A stretch of 32,000 bases of DNA from an uncultured Methanobrevibacter sp. (GCF_902801725.1 NZ_CADCJB010000013.1:11302-43301), one strand, 5' to 3'. Shown: positions 9,791 through 19,538, counted from the first letter of the stretch. A program made the numbers and translations. The notes: generated by a model not told the origin, from the sequence alone.

Positions 9791-9877
9791 TTTTATCTCT
9801 TTTATAATTCTTTTAAGATAATTATATATATTCTTGTATACATAAGTTATTGTATAATATATAAAAAGGTTATTACA

Positions 9878-11572
9878 ATGAGAGGCGGAGAAGCGATAAT
9901 TGAATCCCTTAAAAATATGGGGGTTAAAACAATATTTGGTTATCCTGGTGGACAGACCATACCATTCTATGATATGTTATATGATTCAGACATGGACCAT
10001 ATATTAGTTAGACATGAACAATGCGCGGCTCATGCAGCAGACGGATATGCAAGAGCTTCTGGTAAAGTTGGTGTGTGTTTGGCAACTTCAGGTCCTGGAG
10101 CAACCAATCTAGTCACTGGAATTGCGACTGCATACATGGATTCTTCTCCAATTGTGGCTATTACCGGTCAGGTTCCTACTCATTTAATTGGTAATGATGC
10201 ATTTCAGGAAGCAGATATTATAGGAATAACAATGCCTATTACCAAGCATAGCTATCAGCCAAAAGATCCGGATTTGATACCTTCAATGATTAAATCCTCT
10301 TTTGAAATTGCTTCAAGTGGAAGGCCTGGCCCTATTTTGATTGATGTTCCCAAAGAAGTTCAGGAAGGGGAGCTTACAAAATTCGATGATTCATTAATTA
10401 GCACTCCGGGCTACAATCCAAATACTAAAGGCAATATTAGACAAATCAAAAAGGCTCGCGATTTGATAAAGCAATCCAAAAGACCTATGATTATAGCTGG
10501 TGCTGGTGTTATCATATCCAATGCTTGCTGTGAGCTGAAAAAACTTGCAGATACTATTGAAGCTCCAGTCATGACTTCACTATTAGGTAAGGGAGCTATT
10601 GATGAGACTGATGATTTGGCGTTAGGTATGCTCGGTATGCATGGAAGAAAGGTTTCAAATGATTACATTAACGAGTCCGATTTGCTGATAGCAGTCGGTA
10701 TAAGATTTTCAGATAGGACTACCGGAAGGCTGGACAGTTTCGCACCGGATACTAAAGTCATTCATATTGATATAGACCCTGCTGAAATAGGCAAGAATGT
10801 GGATGTTGATTTGCCGATTGTAGGGGATGCAAGAAATGTATTGTCATCATTAAATAAGCTTTTAAAAGATTATGAAGTGTCAAATGATGTTAAATCATGG
10901 GCAAATATGATTCGAGAGAAAAAGCAGGAATTGCTTCCAAGAGTTACTTATGATGATGTACCTTTAAAACCTCAAACAGTTATAAAAGAAATTTCTGAGG
11001 TCTTAACACCTGAATCTATTTTAACAACAGATGTAGGTCAAAATCAAATGTGGGCGGCACATTTCTATAATACTCAAAAACCGCGCAAATTCATTTCATC
11101 CGGAGGTCTTGGGACTATGGGATTTGGATTCCCGTCAGCTATTGGTGCAAAAGTGGCCTGTCCTGATGATCCTGTTGTATCCATTAATGGTGACGGCGGA
11201 TTTTTAATGGTTTGCCAGGAGCTGGCAACTGTCCATGAATATGACATACCTGTCATTGCTGTCGTATTGGAAAACAGGACCTTGGGAATGGTATATCAAT
11301 GGCAAAGCTTATTATATGATGAAAGACACTCTCAAACCTTATTGGGCAATAGTCCGGACTTTGTTAAATTAGCGGAAAGTTTCGGCGTCAATGGAGTTAG
11401 AATTACAAAACCTGGTGAAACAAAAGAGGCGTTATCAAATGCAATTAAGGATAACGAACCGGTTTTATTAAATGTTGTTATTGATTCTGAAGAGGCGCTG
11501 CCGATGCTTCCTCCCGGAGCCGGAATCAATGAGATGATTGGCGAGTACAAACTTGAAAAGGATGTGATTTAA
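9878..11572 (+). CDS. ilvB: Acetolactate synthase, large (catalytic) subunit
   Basis: ThDP enzyme: [23 protein letters not shown], ThDP-binding [17 protein letters not shown]...NGDGGF. Confidence 0.93.
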   Translation: MRGGEAIIESLKNMGVKTIFGYPGGQTIPFYDMLYDSDMDHILVRHEQCAAHAADGYARASGKVGVCLATSGPGATNLVTGIATAYMDSSPIVAITGQVPTHLIGNDAFQEADIIGITMPITKHSYQPKDPDLIPSMIKSSFEIASSGRPGPILIDVPKEVQEGELTKFDDSLISTPGYNPNTKGNIRQIKKARDLIKQSKRPMIIAGAGVIISNACCELKKLADTIEAPVMTSLLGKGAIDETDDLALGMLGMHGRKVSNDYINESDLLIAVGIRFSDRTTGRLDSFAPDTKVIHIDIDPAEIGKNVDVDLPIVGDARNVLSSLNKLLKDYEVSNDVKSWANMIREKKQELLPRVTYDDVPLKPQTVIKEISEVLTPESILTTDVGQNQMWAAHFYNTQKPRKFISSGGLGTMGFGFPSAIGAKVACPDDPVVSINGDGGFLMVCQELATVHEYDIPVIAVVLENRTLGMVYQWQSLLYDERHSQTLLGNSPDFVKLAESFGVNGVRITKPGETKEALSNAIKDNEPVLLNVVIDSEEALPMLPPGAGINEMIGEYKLEKDVI

Positions 11573-12058
11573 ATGACCTTGGAATATCACGTTATTTCTA
11601 CATTGGTTGAAGATAAACCGGGTGTTTTACAAAAAGTAGCTGGAATGTTTAATAGAAGAGGATTCAACATAGACAGCATAACCGTTGGAAAATCAGAAGT
11701 GGAAGGTCAATCCCGTATGGTAATTACTGTTCATGCAGATGAAAAAGGACTTGAACAGGTTACAAAACAATTAAATAAATTAATTGATGTTATCAAGATT
11801 AAAGATATTACTCAAACTGCTGTTAAAAGGGAATTGTGTCTTGTTAAAGTCTCTGTTCCTAATGCGAAAGCAAGAGCAGAAATAATGCAGTATACAAATA
11901 TTTTCAGAGCCCATATTTTGGATGTTTCAGAGCAGACATTAATGGTTGAGCTTACTGGAGATAAGGAAAAGATTAATGCATTCATATCTTTAGTAGAAAA
12001 TTATGGAATTAAAAGAATAGCCCGTACTGGCCTTACAGCTATGTCAAGGGGAGTATAA
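11573..12058 (+). CDS. ilvN: Acetolactate synthase, small (regulatory, ACT-domain) subunit
   Basis: The start abuts the ilvB stop (TAAATG). ACT-domain N-terminus HVISTLVEDKPGVLQKVAGMFNRRGFNIDSITVG. Confidence 0.9.
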   Translation: MTLEYHVISTLVEDKPGVLQKVAGMFNRRGFNIDSITVGKSEVEGQSRMVITVHADEKGLEQVTKQLNKLIDVIKIKDITQTAVKRELCLVKVSVPNAKARAEIMQYTNIFRAHILDVSEQTLMVELTGDKEKINAFISLVENYGIKRIARTGLTAMSRGV

Positions 12059-12059
12059 A

Positions 12060-12587
12060 ATGACTATATTAGAAAACGTATTAAAAGACAACAAGGAATT
12101 TGTAGAAAACTTTGAAGGCGAAGAAATGTCTCACCATGCAGCTAAAAAATTAGCTATCTTAACCTGTATGGACTGTAGACTAATCGACTTTTTTGAACCT
12201 GCACTCGGTCTTAAAAGAGGGGATGCAAAAATCGTTAGAAATGCCGGAAACTCCATTGTAGGTGAAGATGCAATCAGATCTATTGGTGCAGCTTTATACA
12301 ACCTCGGTGCTGAAGAAGTCATGGTTGTAGGTCACACTGAATGTGGTATGGCTGGCGCAGATGCTGAAGCTTTAAAAGAAAAAATGCTTGCTCGAGGTAT
12401 CAAAGAGGAAGACATTGCAAAATATGATTTGGCTGAATGGATTGGCGGATTCGATGACGAAGAAGAAAACGTTAAAAACGTTTGTGAAAAAATCAAAAAC
12501 CATCCATTGATACCTGATGTACCTGTTCACGGTCTCATAATCGATATTGTTACAGGTGAACTGAAAGTTTTAGTAGATGGTTACTGA
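12060..12587 (+). CDS. Beta-class carbonic anhydrase (Cab-type)
   Basis: Zn-ligand motifs LTCMDCRL and VVGHTECGM (Cys-His-Cys set), size 175 aa. The ATG lies 1 nt after the ilvN stop. Confidence 0.8.
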   Translation: MTILENVLKDNKEFVENFEGEEMSHHAAKKLAILTCMDCRLIDFFEPALGLKRGDAKIVRNAGNSIVGEDAIRSIGAALYNLGAEEVMVVGHTECGMAGADAEALKEKMLARGIKEEDIAKYDLAEWIGGFDDEEENVKNVCEKIKNHPLIPDVPVHGLIIDIVTGELKVLVDGY

Positions 12588-12613
12588 TTCCCATCTATTT
12601 TTTTATTTTTTTC
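12574..12613 (+). terminator. Candidate terminator of the ilvB-ilvN-carbonic anhydrase unit
   Basis: 7-bp stem TAGATGG (12574-12580) / CCATCTA (12591-12597) spanning the stop codon, followed by TTTTTTTATTTTTTT. Confidence 0.45.
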
Positions 12614-12740
12614 TGTAATTAGAGATTATTTCTATACCTAATTTTAGGTTACTTTTATAAATATTGAAAATCATATTTATTAAATGATATTTTGTTTAAT
12701 ATCTAGATTTTAATTAAATTATTTAACGAGATGATTTAAA

Positions 12741-13733
12741 ATGAAAATGTATTACGATGCAGATGTAAATACAGATGCTCTTGAAGGAAAAACCATTGCA
12801 GTAATTGGATATGGTTCTCAAGGAAGAGCACAATCTAGAAACATGGCTGACAGTGGAGCTAATGTTATTGTTGGTGTAAGAGAAAATGGTAGTTCCTGGA
12901 ACTTAGTCAAAGAAGACGGTATGACAGTAAAAACTATCGAAGATGCAGCTAAAGAAGCTGACATTATTCACATTTTGCTTCCTGACGAAATCCAAGAAAA
13001 AGTCTACAATGAACAAATTGCACCATATGTTGAATCTGGCAACACCATTTCATTCTCTCATGGTTACAACATCCACTTCGGTTTAATCAAACCTGATGAA
13101 GATGTAAACATTGTAATGTTTGCACCAAAAGGACCTGGATCCATGGTAAGAAGAACTTACGAAGAAGGATTCGGTATTCCTGGTTTAGTAGCAGTTCAAC
13201 AAGACGCTACTGGTGATGCAATGCAACTTGCATTAGGCATGGCAAAAGCTTGTGGATTAACCAAAGCTGGTGTTTTAGAAACTACTTTCCAAGAAGAAAC
13301 AGAAACTGACTTGTTTGGTGAACAAACTGTTTTATGTGGAGGAATCACTGAATTAATTAATGCAGGTTTCACTACTTTGGTAGAAGCAGGATATCAACCT
13401 GAAATCGCTTACTTTGAAACCTGTCACGAAGTAAAACTTATTGTAGATTTAATCTATGAAAAAGGTTTTGCCGGAATGTGGCACGATGTAAGTAACACTG
13501 CTGAATATGGTGGATTAACCAGAGGTAATAGAATTATTACTCAAGAAGCAAAAGACGGTATGAAAACTGTTTTAAAAGAAATCCAAGATGGAACTTTCAA
13601 AAAACAATGGGCTGAAGAAAACGCTACTGACGGCGCTAACTTAAAAGAAATGAGAGCTGCTGAAAGTCAAAAAGATATCGAAATTGTTGGTGAAAGATTA
13701 AGAAAAGCTTGTGGATTACAAAAAGACGATTAA
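12741..13733 (+). CDS. ilvC: Ketol-acid reductoisomerase (NADP+)
   Basis: [17 protein letters not shown] Rossmann motif, [22 protein letters not shown]. Confidence 0.95.
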   Translation: MKMYYDADVNTDALEGKTIAVIGYGSQGRAQSRNMADSGANVIVGVRENGSSWNLVKEDGMTVKTIEDAAKEADIIHILLPDEIQEKVYNEQIAPYVESGNTISFSHGYNIHFGLIKPDEDVNIVMFAPKGPGSMVRRTYEEGFGIPGLVAVQQDATGDAMQLALGMAKACGLTKAGVLETTFQEETETDLFGEQTVLCGGITELINAGFTTLVEAGYQPEIAYFETCHEVKLIVDLIYEKGFAGMWHDVSNTAEYGGLTRGNRIITQEAKDGMKTVLKEIQDGTFKKQWAEENATDGANLKEMRAAESQKDIEIVGERLRKACGLQKDD

Positions 13734-13775
13734 GTCTTTTTAATCCTTTTACTATTTTTTTTATTTATTTTAAGT

Positions 13776-14789
13776 GTGGTAAACATGGTGTTTATTGGTA
13801 TGGACCATGGAACTACTGGAATCTCTTTTTGCATAATGTCTGATGAAGGGGATGTTATTGATATTTTCAAAATCGGAAGAGAGGAAAGTAAGAAAGGCTT
13901 GGTTTCAGCTTCACAGGAGCTGACCAAGCGTGTTGATTTGGATTCTGTAAAATTGATGGCCATTACCTATGCAATGGGTGACGGTATAAGTAAGATTTTG
14001 CCAGCTGACCAAGTTAAGGATAGGGGAATATTATCAATTAATGGTGCCGGCAAGGTGACTGGTGGAGGAACATCAGTATTTTCTGAATTGCAGGAGTTAA
14101 ATATTCCTTCTATAATGATTCCTGGTCTCCATAAGGATTCTACTTCTCTTGATGAATTATTTAGAGCTGCCTATTCTCATCAGGCAAGTCCGGAAAAGGT
14201 AAGCATTTCATATAATGCTATTAAGGAAACCGGCTGGAGCGATTTTATAGTTGCTGATATATCTTCAAACAGTGTAGATATACTGATTGAAGACGGCAAA
14301 ATCAAAGGGGCAATGGATGCATGCTTGGGCGCAATGGGTATTGTACATGGACCTATTGATCTGGAAATGATAAGAGACATTGATGAAAACAATGCGTCCG
14401 CTAATGATTGTTTTTCAAATGCCGGAGCTATTAAAATTGCCGGAATCGACGGTAAAGTAGCTAACATGAAAGATCAGCTATTGGAAAACTATAGGAACGG
14501 TGATGAAAATGCCAAATTGGCTATTGACACATTAATAATGACCGTTGCTATGGAAATTGCCGGTTTGGATGTGGTCTGTAACAATGAAATTGAAGGTATT
14601 GTTTTGACAGGGTCCGTTGGAAGTGCAACTGAACCGTTTAACTTTGAAGATGAAATCAACAGCTATTTCAAAAATAAGTATCCTTTAAAAGTTATTTCAA
14701 AAGAATCCGGTGCAATTGGTGCTGCACAAATAGCGATGGATGTTTTCAATGGTAAAAAAGAAATCTTAGGAATAGAAGTAGATATCTAA
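13776..14789 (+). CDS. UPF0285 / methanogenesis-marker-12-like protein (ASKHA/BadF-type ATPase fold)
   Basis: N-terminal FIGMDHGTTGISF phosphate-binding motif of the sugar-kinase/actin fold. About 335 aa, sited immediately downstream of ilvC as I recall for Methanothermobacter. The start is GTG 13776 or ATG 13785. Confidence 0.6.
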   Translation: MVNMVFIGMDHGTTGISFCIMSDEGDVIDIFKIGREESKKGLVSASQELTKRVDLDSVKLMAITYAMGDGISKILPADQVKDRGILSINGAGKVTGGGTSVFSELQELNIPSIMIPGLHKDSTSLDELFRAAYSHQASPEKVSISYNAIKETGWSDFIVADISSNSVDILIEDGKIKGAMDACLGAMGIVHGPIDLEMIRDIDENNASANDCFSNAGAIKIAGIDGKVANMKDQLLENYRNGDENAKLAIDTLIMTVAMEIAGLDVVCNNEIEGIVLTGSVGSATEPFNFEDEINSYFKNKYPLKVISKESGAIGAAQIAMDVFNGKKEILGIEVDI

Positions 14790-14793
14790 GATT

Positions 14794-14997
14794 TCAATCT
14801 TCTTTTAAACTAATAAAAATGATATTTCCGCCTTTAATGGTTTCAAGACCATTTTCATTTTCAAGAACAAGGTTTAAATAGTTATCGATAGCAATTACTT
14901 TTCCTTCACTTTGATAGTCGCCTCTTAAATCTACAGTTACATATTTGTCTTTAAATTGGGCAAAAAGTTTATTTACATTATCTTTATCAAAACTCAT
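14794..14997 (-). CDS. Sm-like (LSm/SmAP) RNA-binding protein
   Basis: Sm1-like YVTVDLRGDYQSEGKVIAIDNYLNLVLEN and Sm2-like IKGGNIIFISL. Size 67 aa. Confidence 0.7.
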   Translation of the reverse strand: MSFDKDNVNKLFAQFKDKYVTVDLRGDYQSEGKVIAIDNYLNLVLENENGLETIKGGNIIFISLKED

Positions 14998-15079
14998 TTT
15001 TTCAAATCCTTGGTTATAATAATTCTATTCATATTTTGATGTTTCAACTTTAAATACTTTAATGTTGATAATATATACT

Positions 15080-15223
15080 ATGGCAATTAATCAATTAGAA
15101 GAAAATTTAGAAGCGATTACTAGAACAATTGAACAGTTAAAAAGAGACGGATGCACTGATGAAAAAATTTTAAATGAGCTTCGTGAAGAAAGAGATAAAA
15201 TACTTAAAGATTTAAATTTATAA
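15080..15223 (+). CDS. Small hypothetical helical protein (47 aa), absent from the supplied ORF track
   Basis: ATG 15080 to TAA 15221-15223 translates to MAINQLEENLEAITRTIEQLKRDGCTDEKILNELREERDKILKDLNL. It fills an otherwise empty 230-nt gap and has a TATA-like CTTTAAATAC about 30 nt upstream. Confidence 0.35.
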   Translation: MAINQLEENLEAITRTIEQLKRDGCTDEKILNELREERDKILKDLNL

Positions 15224-15228
15224 GTATT

Positions 15229-16005
15229 TTATTTTAACCATTTTTTCAATGAATCCATATCATTTGTCAAATCTATTTTTAAGGGTGTTATTGTAGTTTT
15301 TTGACCCCTGCGTAATTCATAACCATCAGTTCCAGGTTCATCAAAATCATATGGCTCGCCGCCAATCCAGTAATATGATTTTCCTCGTGGATCCAAACGT
15401 TCCTCGATATTAGGTATGTACATCCTTTTTCCTAATTTTACAACTTCAAATTCTTCATTTATTGGATTTGCAGGTATATTAACATTTAATAAGTCGATTC
15501 CTTCAGGCAATCCTTTTTTAAGAACAATTTTAGCCAGTTTATTTAGCATTTTTCCTGCAAAGTCAAAGTCTATTTCAATTTCTCCGTTTTCAAATTTGAT
15601 GTCGTCCCTTGCAACTTCCAGTGAGATGGCGATTGTTGGAATTCCAAAACTTGCCGCTTCAATTGCAGCTCCCAATGTTCCGGATGTTGTCAGCTCTGCC
15701 TGTCCAAGATTATATCCGGTATTTATTCCGGAAATCATGATGTCTGGATGCTCTTCCAGTATCTCAAATAATCCTAAGGTCACAGCATCGGTCGGTGTTC
15801 CGCTTACGCCATAGCCTAAACTTCCGTCTTTTAAGGTATATTCATTTACTCTCAATGGTTCATAAAGAGTTAATGCATGTCCTATACCACTTTGTTGTGT
15901 TTCTGGAGCTATTACATATGTATCACATAAATTTTCGACTGCCTTTTTAGCAGCAAGAATTCCTGAAGCAGTTATTCCGTCATCGTTACTTATTAATGCT
16001 TTCAT
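15229..16005 (-). CDS. surE: 5'/3'-nucleotidase SurE
   Basis: MKALISNDDGITASGI (SNDDG metal-binding motif), SGINTGYNLG, GTLGAA. Confidence 0.92.
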   Translation of the reverse strand: MKALISNDDGITASGILAAKKAVENLCDTYVIAPETQQSGIGHALTLYEPLRVNEYTLKDGSLGYGVSGTPTDAVTLGLFEILEEHPDIMISGINTGYNLGQAELTTSGTLGAAIEAASFGIPTIAISLEVARDDIKFENGEIEIDFDFAGKMLNKLAKIVLKKGLPEGIDLLNVNIPANPINEEFEVVKLGKRMYIPNIEERLDPRGKSYYWIGGEPYDFDEPGTDGYELRRGQKTTITPLKIDLTNDMDSLKKWLK

Positions 16006-16135
16006 ATATTTATTAAGGTATTACCTTGTTAAAGTAGTTTTATGTTTTCTGCAAAATATGATAAACTTTAATAATAATTTAATTAATAAAATATATTAGT
16101 ATATTTTTTTTGAAAAAACACATGCGGGTGGAAAT

Positions 16136-17035
16136 TTGGAAAAACCACAACTGATTAATTTTATAGCTAAGGTAATGGAGGACTCTGGTTTCAAGGTTTA
16201 TAAGAATTTTAAAACCTCTCAGAAAGTTATAGATATATATGCTATATTGCCAACTACTATTGGGGATTTTGGAGTTGTTGTAGCATGTAAAAACTATGAT
16301 AAAGACTTTGAAATTGGAGTGGATGTTTTAAAAGAGATGGAAGAAGTTGGAGAAAGTTTAAAGGCATCTAAAGTAACTATTGTTTCATCTTCTTATTTTT
16401 CAAGTCAGGCAACTAATTATGCGCTTCGAAAAAACATTAAATTGGTAGATAGGGATAACCTGCTTGAACTTGCCAAAAAATATCAGGACAGAACTTCCCA
16501 AACAACTCTTGACAACACTCCATATGATGGCGGAGCTTCTGCTTATATTGATGAGGAATATCCGGAATACAGTTATGATGCTTCTGACATGGAATATCTG
16601 ATGCAAAGAAGAGACCAGAATCCTGTTGTCTACAAAAACAGTCTTTACAGGGAAGTTGGTGATAACCGCTCTGGAGGAATTTCTTCATTATTTAATAGGG
16701 GAGTCAATACTGCCAGAGGTGGCGGTTATGGCCACACAACATTATATAACTATAATCGGGGATCAAATTTCAGTAATTCCCCATTTTTCGTACTGATTCA
16801 AAATCCGATAGTAATGGTTATTGTGGTTGTTATTGTTTCATTTCTCCTTTCATTCATTGCAGGCAATCTTTTGAAGATGGATGCTGGAATTTCAGGTTTA
16901 ATTGAAATGCTTACTGCTTTAATTTTATCTTATGGTTTGTCCTTTTATGCAGATAGAAATAGTGATTTTATTGTTAAAGGAACATTCATATTCTTTGTTT
17001 CATTGATAATATTAATTGTATTAATTTTTATTTAA
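16136..17035 (+). CDS. Membrane-tethered protein with an N-terminal Mrr-cat-like (PD-(D/E)xK restriction-endonuclease fold) domain
   Basis: FIAKVMEDSGFKV...IDIYA...VVVACKNY...KVTIVSSSYFSSQATNYALRKNIKLVDRDNLLEL matches the Mrr N-terminal catalytic-domain layout. A G/N/Y/R-rich linker and 3 C-terminal TM helices follow. TTG start preceded by GGGTGGA. Confidence 0.65.
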   Translation: MEKPQLINFIAKVMEDSGFKVYKNFKTSQKVIDIYAILPTTIGDFGVVVACKNYDKDFEIGVDVLKEMEEVGESLKASKVTIVSSSYFSSQATNYALRKNIKLVDRDNLLELAKKYQDRTSQTTLDNTPYDGGASAYIDEEYPEYSYDASDMEYLMQRRDQNPVVYKNSLYREVGDNRSGGISSLFNRGVNTARGGGYGHTTLYNYNRGSNFSNSPFFVLIQNPIVMVIVVVIVSFLLSFIAGNLLKMDAGISGLIEMLTALILSYGLSFYADRNSDFIVKGTFIFFVSLIILIVLIFI

Positions 17036-18082
17036 TTTAATATAATTAAAATTAATTATTATTAAAATTAATCCTAAAAGATACAGGAACCAAATCATTA
17101 TGTCTGTTGGTCCGGTTTCTATCCAAATTAATGTGTGTGTAAGTATAATGGAGTAAATCCCTACTCCTATTCCTTTTTTTATTTTGTGTGTCAGTTGCAG
17201 AAACACTCCCATAAACAGCATCTGAATTGTCAATCCGATCAATCCGAAATCAAGATATGCCGGTCCAAACAATGTGGATGTTAAGCACACGTCATAATGC
17301 AGCACATATTGGCCGATGAATGTTCTGGGACTTCCGGATGAGAAAATCATGCTTAATATGTGTCCATGTGTACTTCCGCCCAATGGTATTATCTTTTCAA
17401 ATACTTCCAATGTGAATGCGGCTCTGTAAAAAACAAGTTCTATAGGATTTAAAGTCCAGTGCTGGTTTGCGATTGACTGTGATGCGATGTATCCGACTGC
17501 CAACATTCCGATGGTAATTATTGCAATGAAGACAATGCCCATTTTTCTTGATGTTTTTTTAAGGTAGTAAAGGGTAATGAATGAGCTTCCTAAAATTCCA
17601 AGGACTGATGTTCTGTAACCGTTTAATCCGAATATCAATGCACCGATAATTACCAAAAGCAGATATTTTTTATCGTAATACTTTGCAAGCAACAGATTAA
17701 TCATTATTAGGAATAGCGGATATGCTATTCTCCAGATGTTGGTTGTTGCATTGGACTTTAAAACGCTGTTGAAAAGAGGAATGCCTCCAATCAATACCAT
17801 ATTCAGCGCCTGCAATATTAATGCGATTATTACAAGAATGACAAGCAGCTTTTCCGAGAGAAAATCAAGATTTTTGGTTTCTTCCACATTGACTTTGTAT
17901 TTGACGATAACTGCTCCGGCTATAAATATTGCACATGAAAAAATAATGGTTAATATTACATTCAGATTCAACGGATCTTCAAACCTGTAGTTGAATGATC
18001 CAACATAGCCCATTGCTAAAAATACGAGTATTGCAATTACTACCAGTAAAGGCTGAAAGAAATCAATTTTTTCAAGTTTCAT
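17021..18082 (-). CDS. Polytopic membrane protein (about 10 TM), possibly oligosaccharide repeat-unit polymerase (Wzy)-like
   Basis: Highly hydrophobic 353-aa ORF with about 10 TM segments. The function is suggested only by size, topology and recollection of similar annotations. It begins 2 nt after the cbiA/cfbB stop. Confidence 0.5.
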   Translation of the reverse strand: MKLEKIDFFQPLLVVIAILVFLAMGYVGSFNYRFEDPLNLNVILTIIFSCAIFIAGAVIVKYKVNVEETKNLDFLSEKLLVILVIIALILQALNMVLIGGIPLFNSVLKSNATTNIWRIAYPLFLIMINLLLAKYYDKKYLLLVIIGALIFGLNGYRTSVLGILGSSFITLYYLKKTSRKMGIVFIAIITIGMLAVGYIASQSIANQHWTLNPIELVFYRAAFTLEVFEKIIPLGGSTHGHILSMIFSSGSPRTFIGQYVLHYDVCLTSTLFGPAYLDFGLIGLTIQMLFMGVFLQLTHKIKKGIGVGIYSIILTHTLIWIETGPTDIMIWFLYLLGLILIIINFNYIKLNKN

Positions 18083-18084
18083 GA

Positions 18085-19440
18085 TTATCCTTCAAGTTCC
18101 TTGGCGGATATGGTCAGGTTTCCTCCAAAGTCAGGCATTGCAGCCACATGTGTGTGAACATAGCTTGCAAGTGTGTTTCTGCATATGAATCCATCCTGGT
18201 TGTTGTATGAGCCTTTTCCTCTTAGGATATCGAATGCCAGTTTGTGGTCGATGTTTGTGGAATCAACCAGTACCTTTGAATAATGGAACTCATGGCCATG
18301 GAATTTTTCACCTTTTTTGGATATGATGTTGTCCTCTTTGACTTCGGCAATGGTGTACTTCAGTGCCTGCACCCTATCTGTTAGAATTGCCTTGTAAGGA
18401 TATACATTTACAACTTTATCTTCGTGGATGGAATTCATAAGATACATTAAACCACCACATTCGGCAAAAATAGGCCTATCTTCCAGGTGGAAAGTATGGA
18501 TTTCTTGAAGCATTCTTTCATTTGCACTAAGCTCTTTTGAAAAGAGTTCGGGATATCCTCCTCCAATATACAATCCGTCTACATCGGGCAACCCTTCATC
18601 GTTTAATGGTGAAAAATATTCTATTTTAGCATTGTTTGCTTCCAATGATTCAATATTTTCCTTATAATAAAAATTGAACACTTCATCATATGCCACTCCG
18701 ATTTTAACTTTCTGCTTATTTAGTTTATTCCAGATGGGAACGATATTTGATGTAATCTTCGGAGCTTCTTTTGCAATTTCCACCAGTCTGTCCAAATCGA
18801 TTGAATTCTTTATTACTTCAGACCAGATGTCAATAAATTTGAGAGAATTTTCTTTTTCTCGAGCAGGAACAAGGCCTAAATGCCTTTCTTCAATTGATAT
18901 GGAATCATCACGAATAATCCCTCCGATAACTTCGGTTTTTGTTATTTCTTCAATTGATCTCTTTGTTTTTTCGTAGTGTGCCTTGTTTTTAACCTTGTTC
19001 AGGATAACTCCTGCAATATTTATTTCAGGATCCAATGCCTTAAAGCCCAAAACCAAAGCTGCGGCGCTTTTGACCAAACTTCTTGAGTTTATGATTAGGA
19101 TAACCGGTGCCTTTAGGGATTTTGCTATTGAAGCTGTACTTCCGATATCGTTGACAGAATCGATTCCCTCATAAAGTCCCCGAACACCTTCGATTACAGC
19201 AATGTCCTTTCCATCCATAGCTTTCAGATAGGAGTCTCTCACCTGTCCGGATTCCATAAAAAAAGAATCCAAGTTTCTGGATACATTACCGGTAGCTAAT
19301 GTATGGTAAGACGGGTCTATATAATCAGGTCCAACTTTAAATGGTTGAACATTGTATTTTTCACTTAAAGCTTTCATAATCCCGGTAGATATTGTGGTTT
19401 TTCCAACAGCACTACCAGTCCCTGCTAAAATAATTCTCAT
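18085..19440 (-). CDS. cbiA: Tetrapyrrole a,c-diamide synthase (cobyrinate or Ni-sirohydrochlorin a,c-diamide synthase)
   Basis: P-loop [14 protein letters not shown]-terminal GATase domain with the nucleophile box [11 protein letters not shown] and HGHEFHYS. The start is taken at ATG 19440 (MRIILAG...) rather than 19473. The CbiA and CfbB paralogues cannot be told apart by eye. Confidence 0.88.
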   Translation of the reverse strand: MRIILAGTGSAVGKTTISTGIMKALSEKYNVQPFKVGPDYIDPSYHTLATGNVSRNLDSFFMESGQVRDSYLKAMDGKDIAVIEGVRGLYEGIDSVNDIGSTASIAKSLKAPVILIINSRSLVKSAAALVLGFKALDPEINIAGVILNKVKNKAHYEKTKRSIEEITKTEVIGGIIRDDSISIEERHLGLVPAREKENSLKFIDIWSEVIKNSIDLDRLVEIAKEAPKITSNIVPIWNKLNKQKVKIGVAYDEVFNFYYKENIESLEANNAKIEYFSPLNDEGLPDVDGLYIGGGYPELFSKELSANERMLQEIHTFHLEDRPIFAECGGLMYLMNSIHEDKVVNVYPYKAILTDRVQALKYTIAEVKEDNIISKKGEKFHGHEFHYSKVLVDSTNIDHKLAFDILRGKGSYNNQDGFICRNTLASYVHTHVAAMPDFGGNLTISAKELEG

Positions 19441-19538
19441 ATTTAGTAATTTGCATCTTCTTTTTATAAACAATTATTGTATAAATCATTTTATATAATA
19501 TTAAAAATAAAATTTAAACCATAATATATGGTGATTAA

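Noticed and set aside
13730-13963. Minus-strand ORF bridging the ilvC end and the UPF0285-like gene start
   Set aside because: It overlaps the N-terminal ATPase motif region of the plus-strand gene and the T-rich spacer. No start context supports it.
15416-15814. 132-aa plus-strand ORF inside surE
   Set aside because: It is antisense to a gene with the SNDDG SurE signature, and its Ser/Pro/Ile-rich product looks non-biological.
16136-17035. An active Mrr-type restriction endonuclease or defence gene
   Set aside because: The (E/Q)xK position reads A-C-K. There is no methyltransferase or other defence neighbour, and the protein carries a membrane anchor. It is reported as a curiosity instead.
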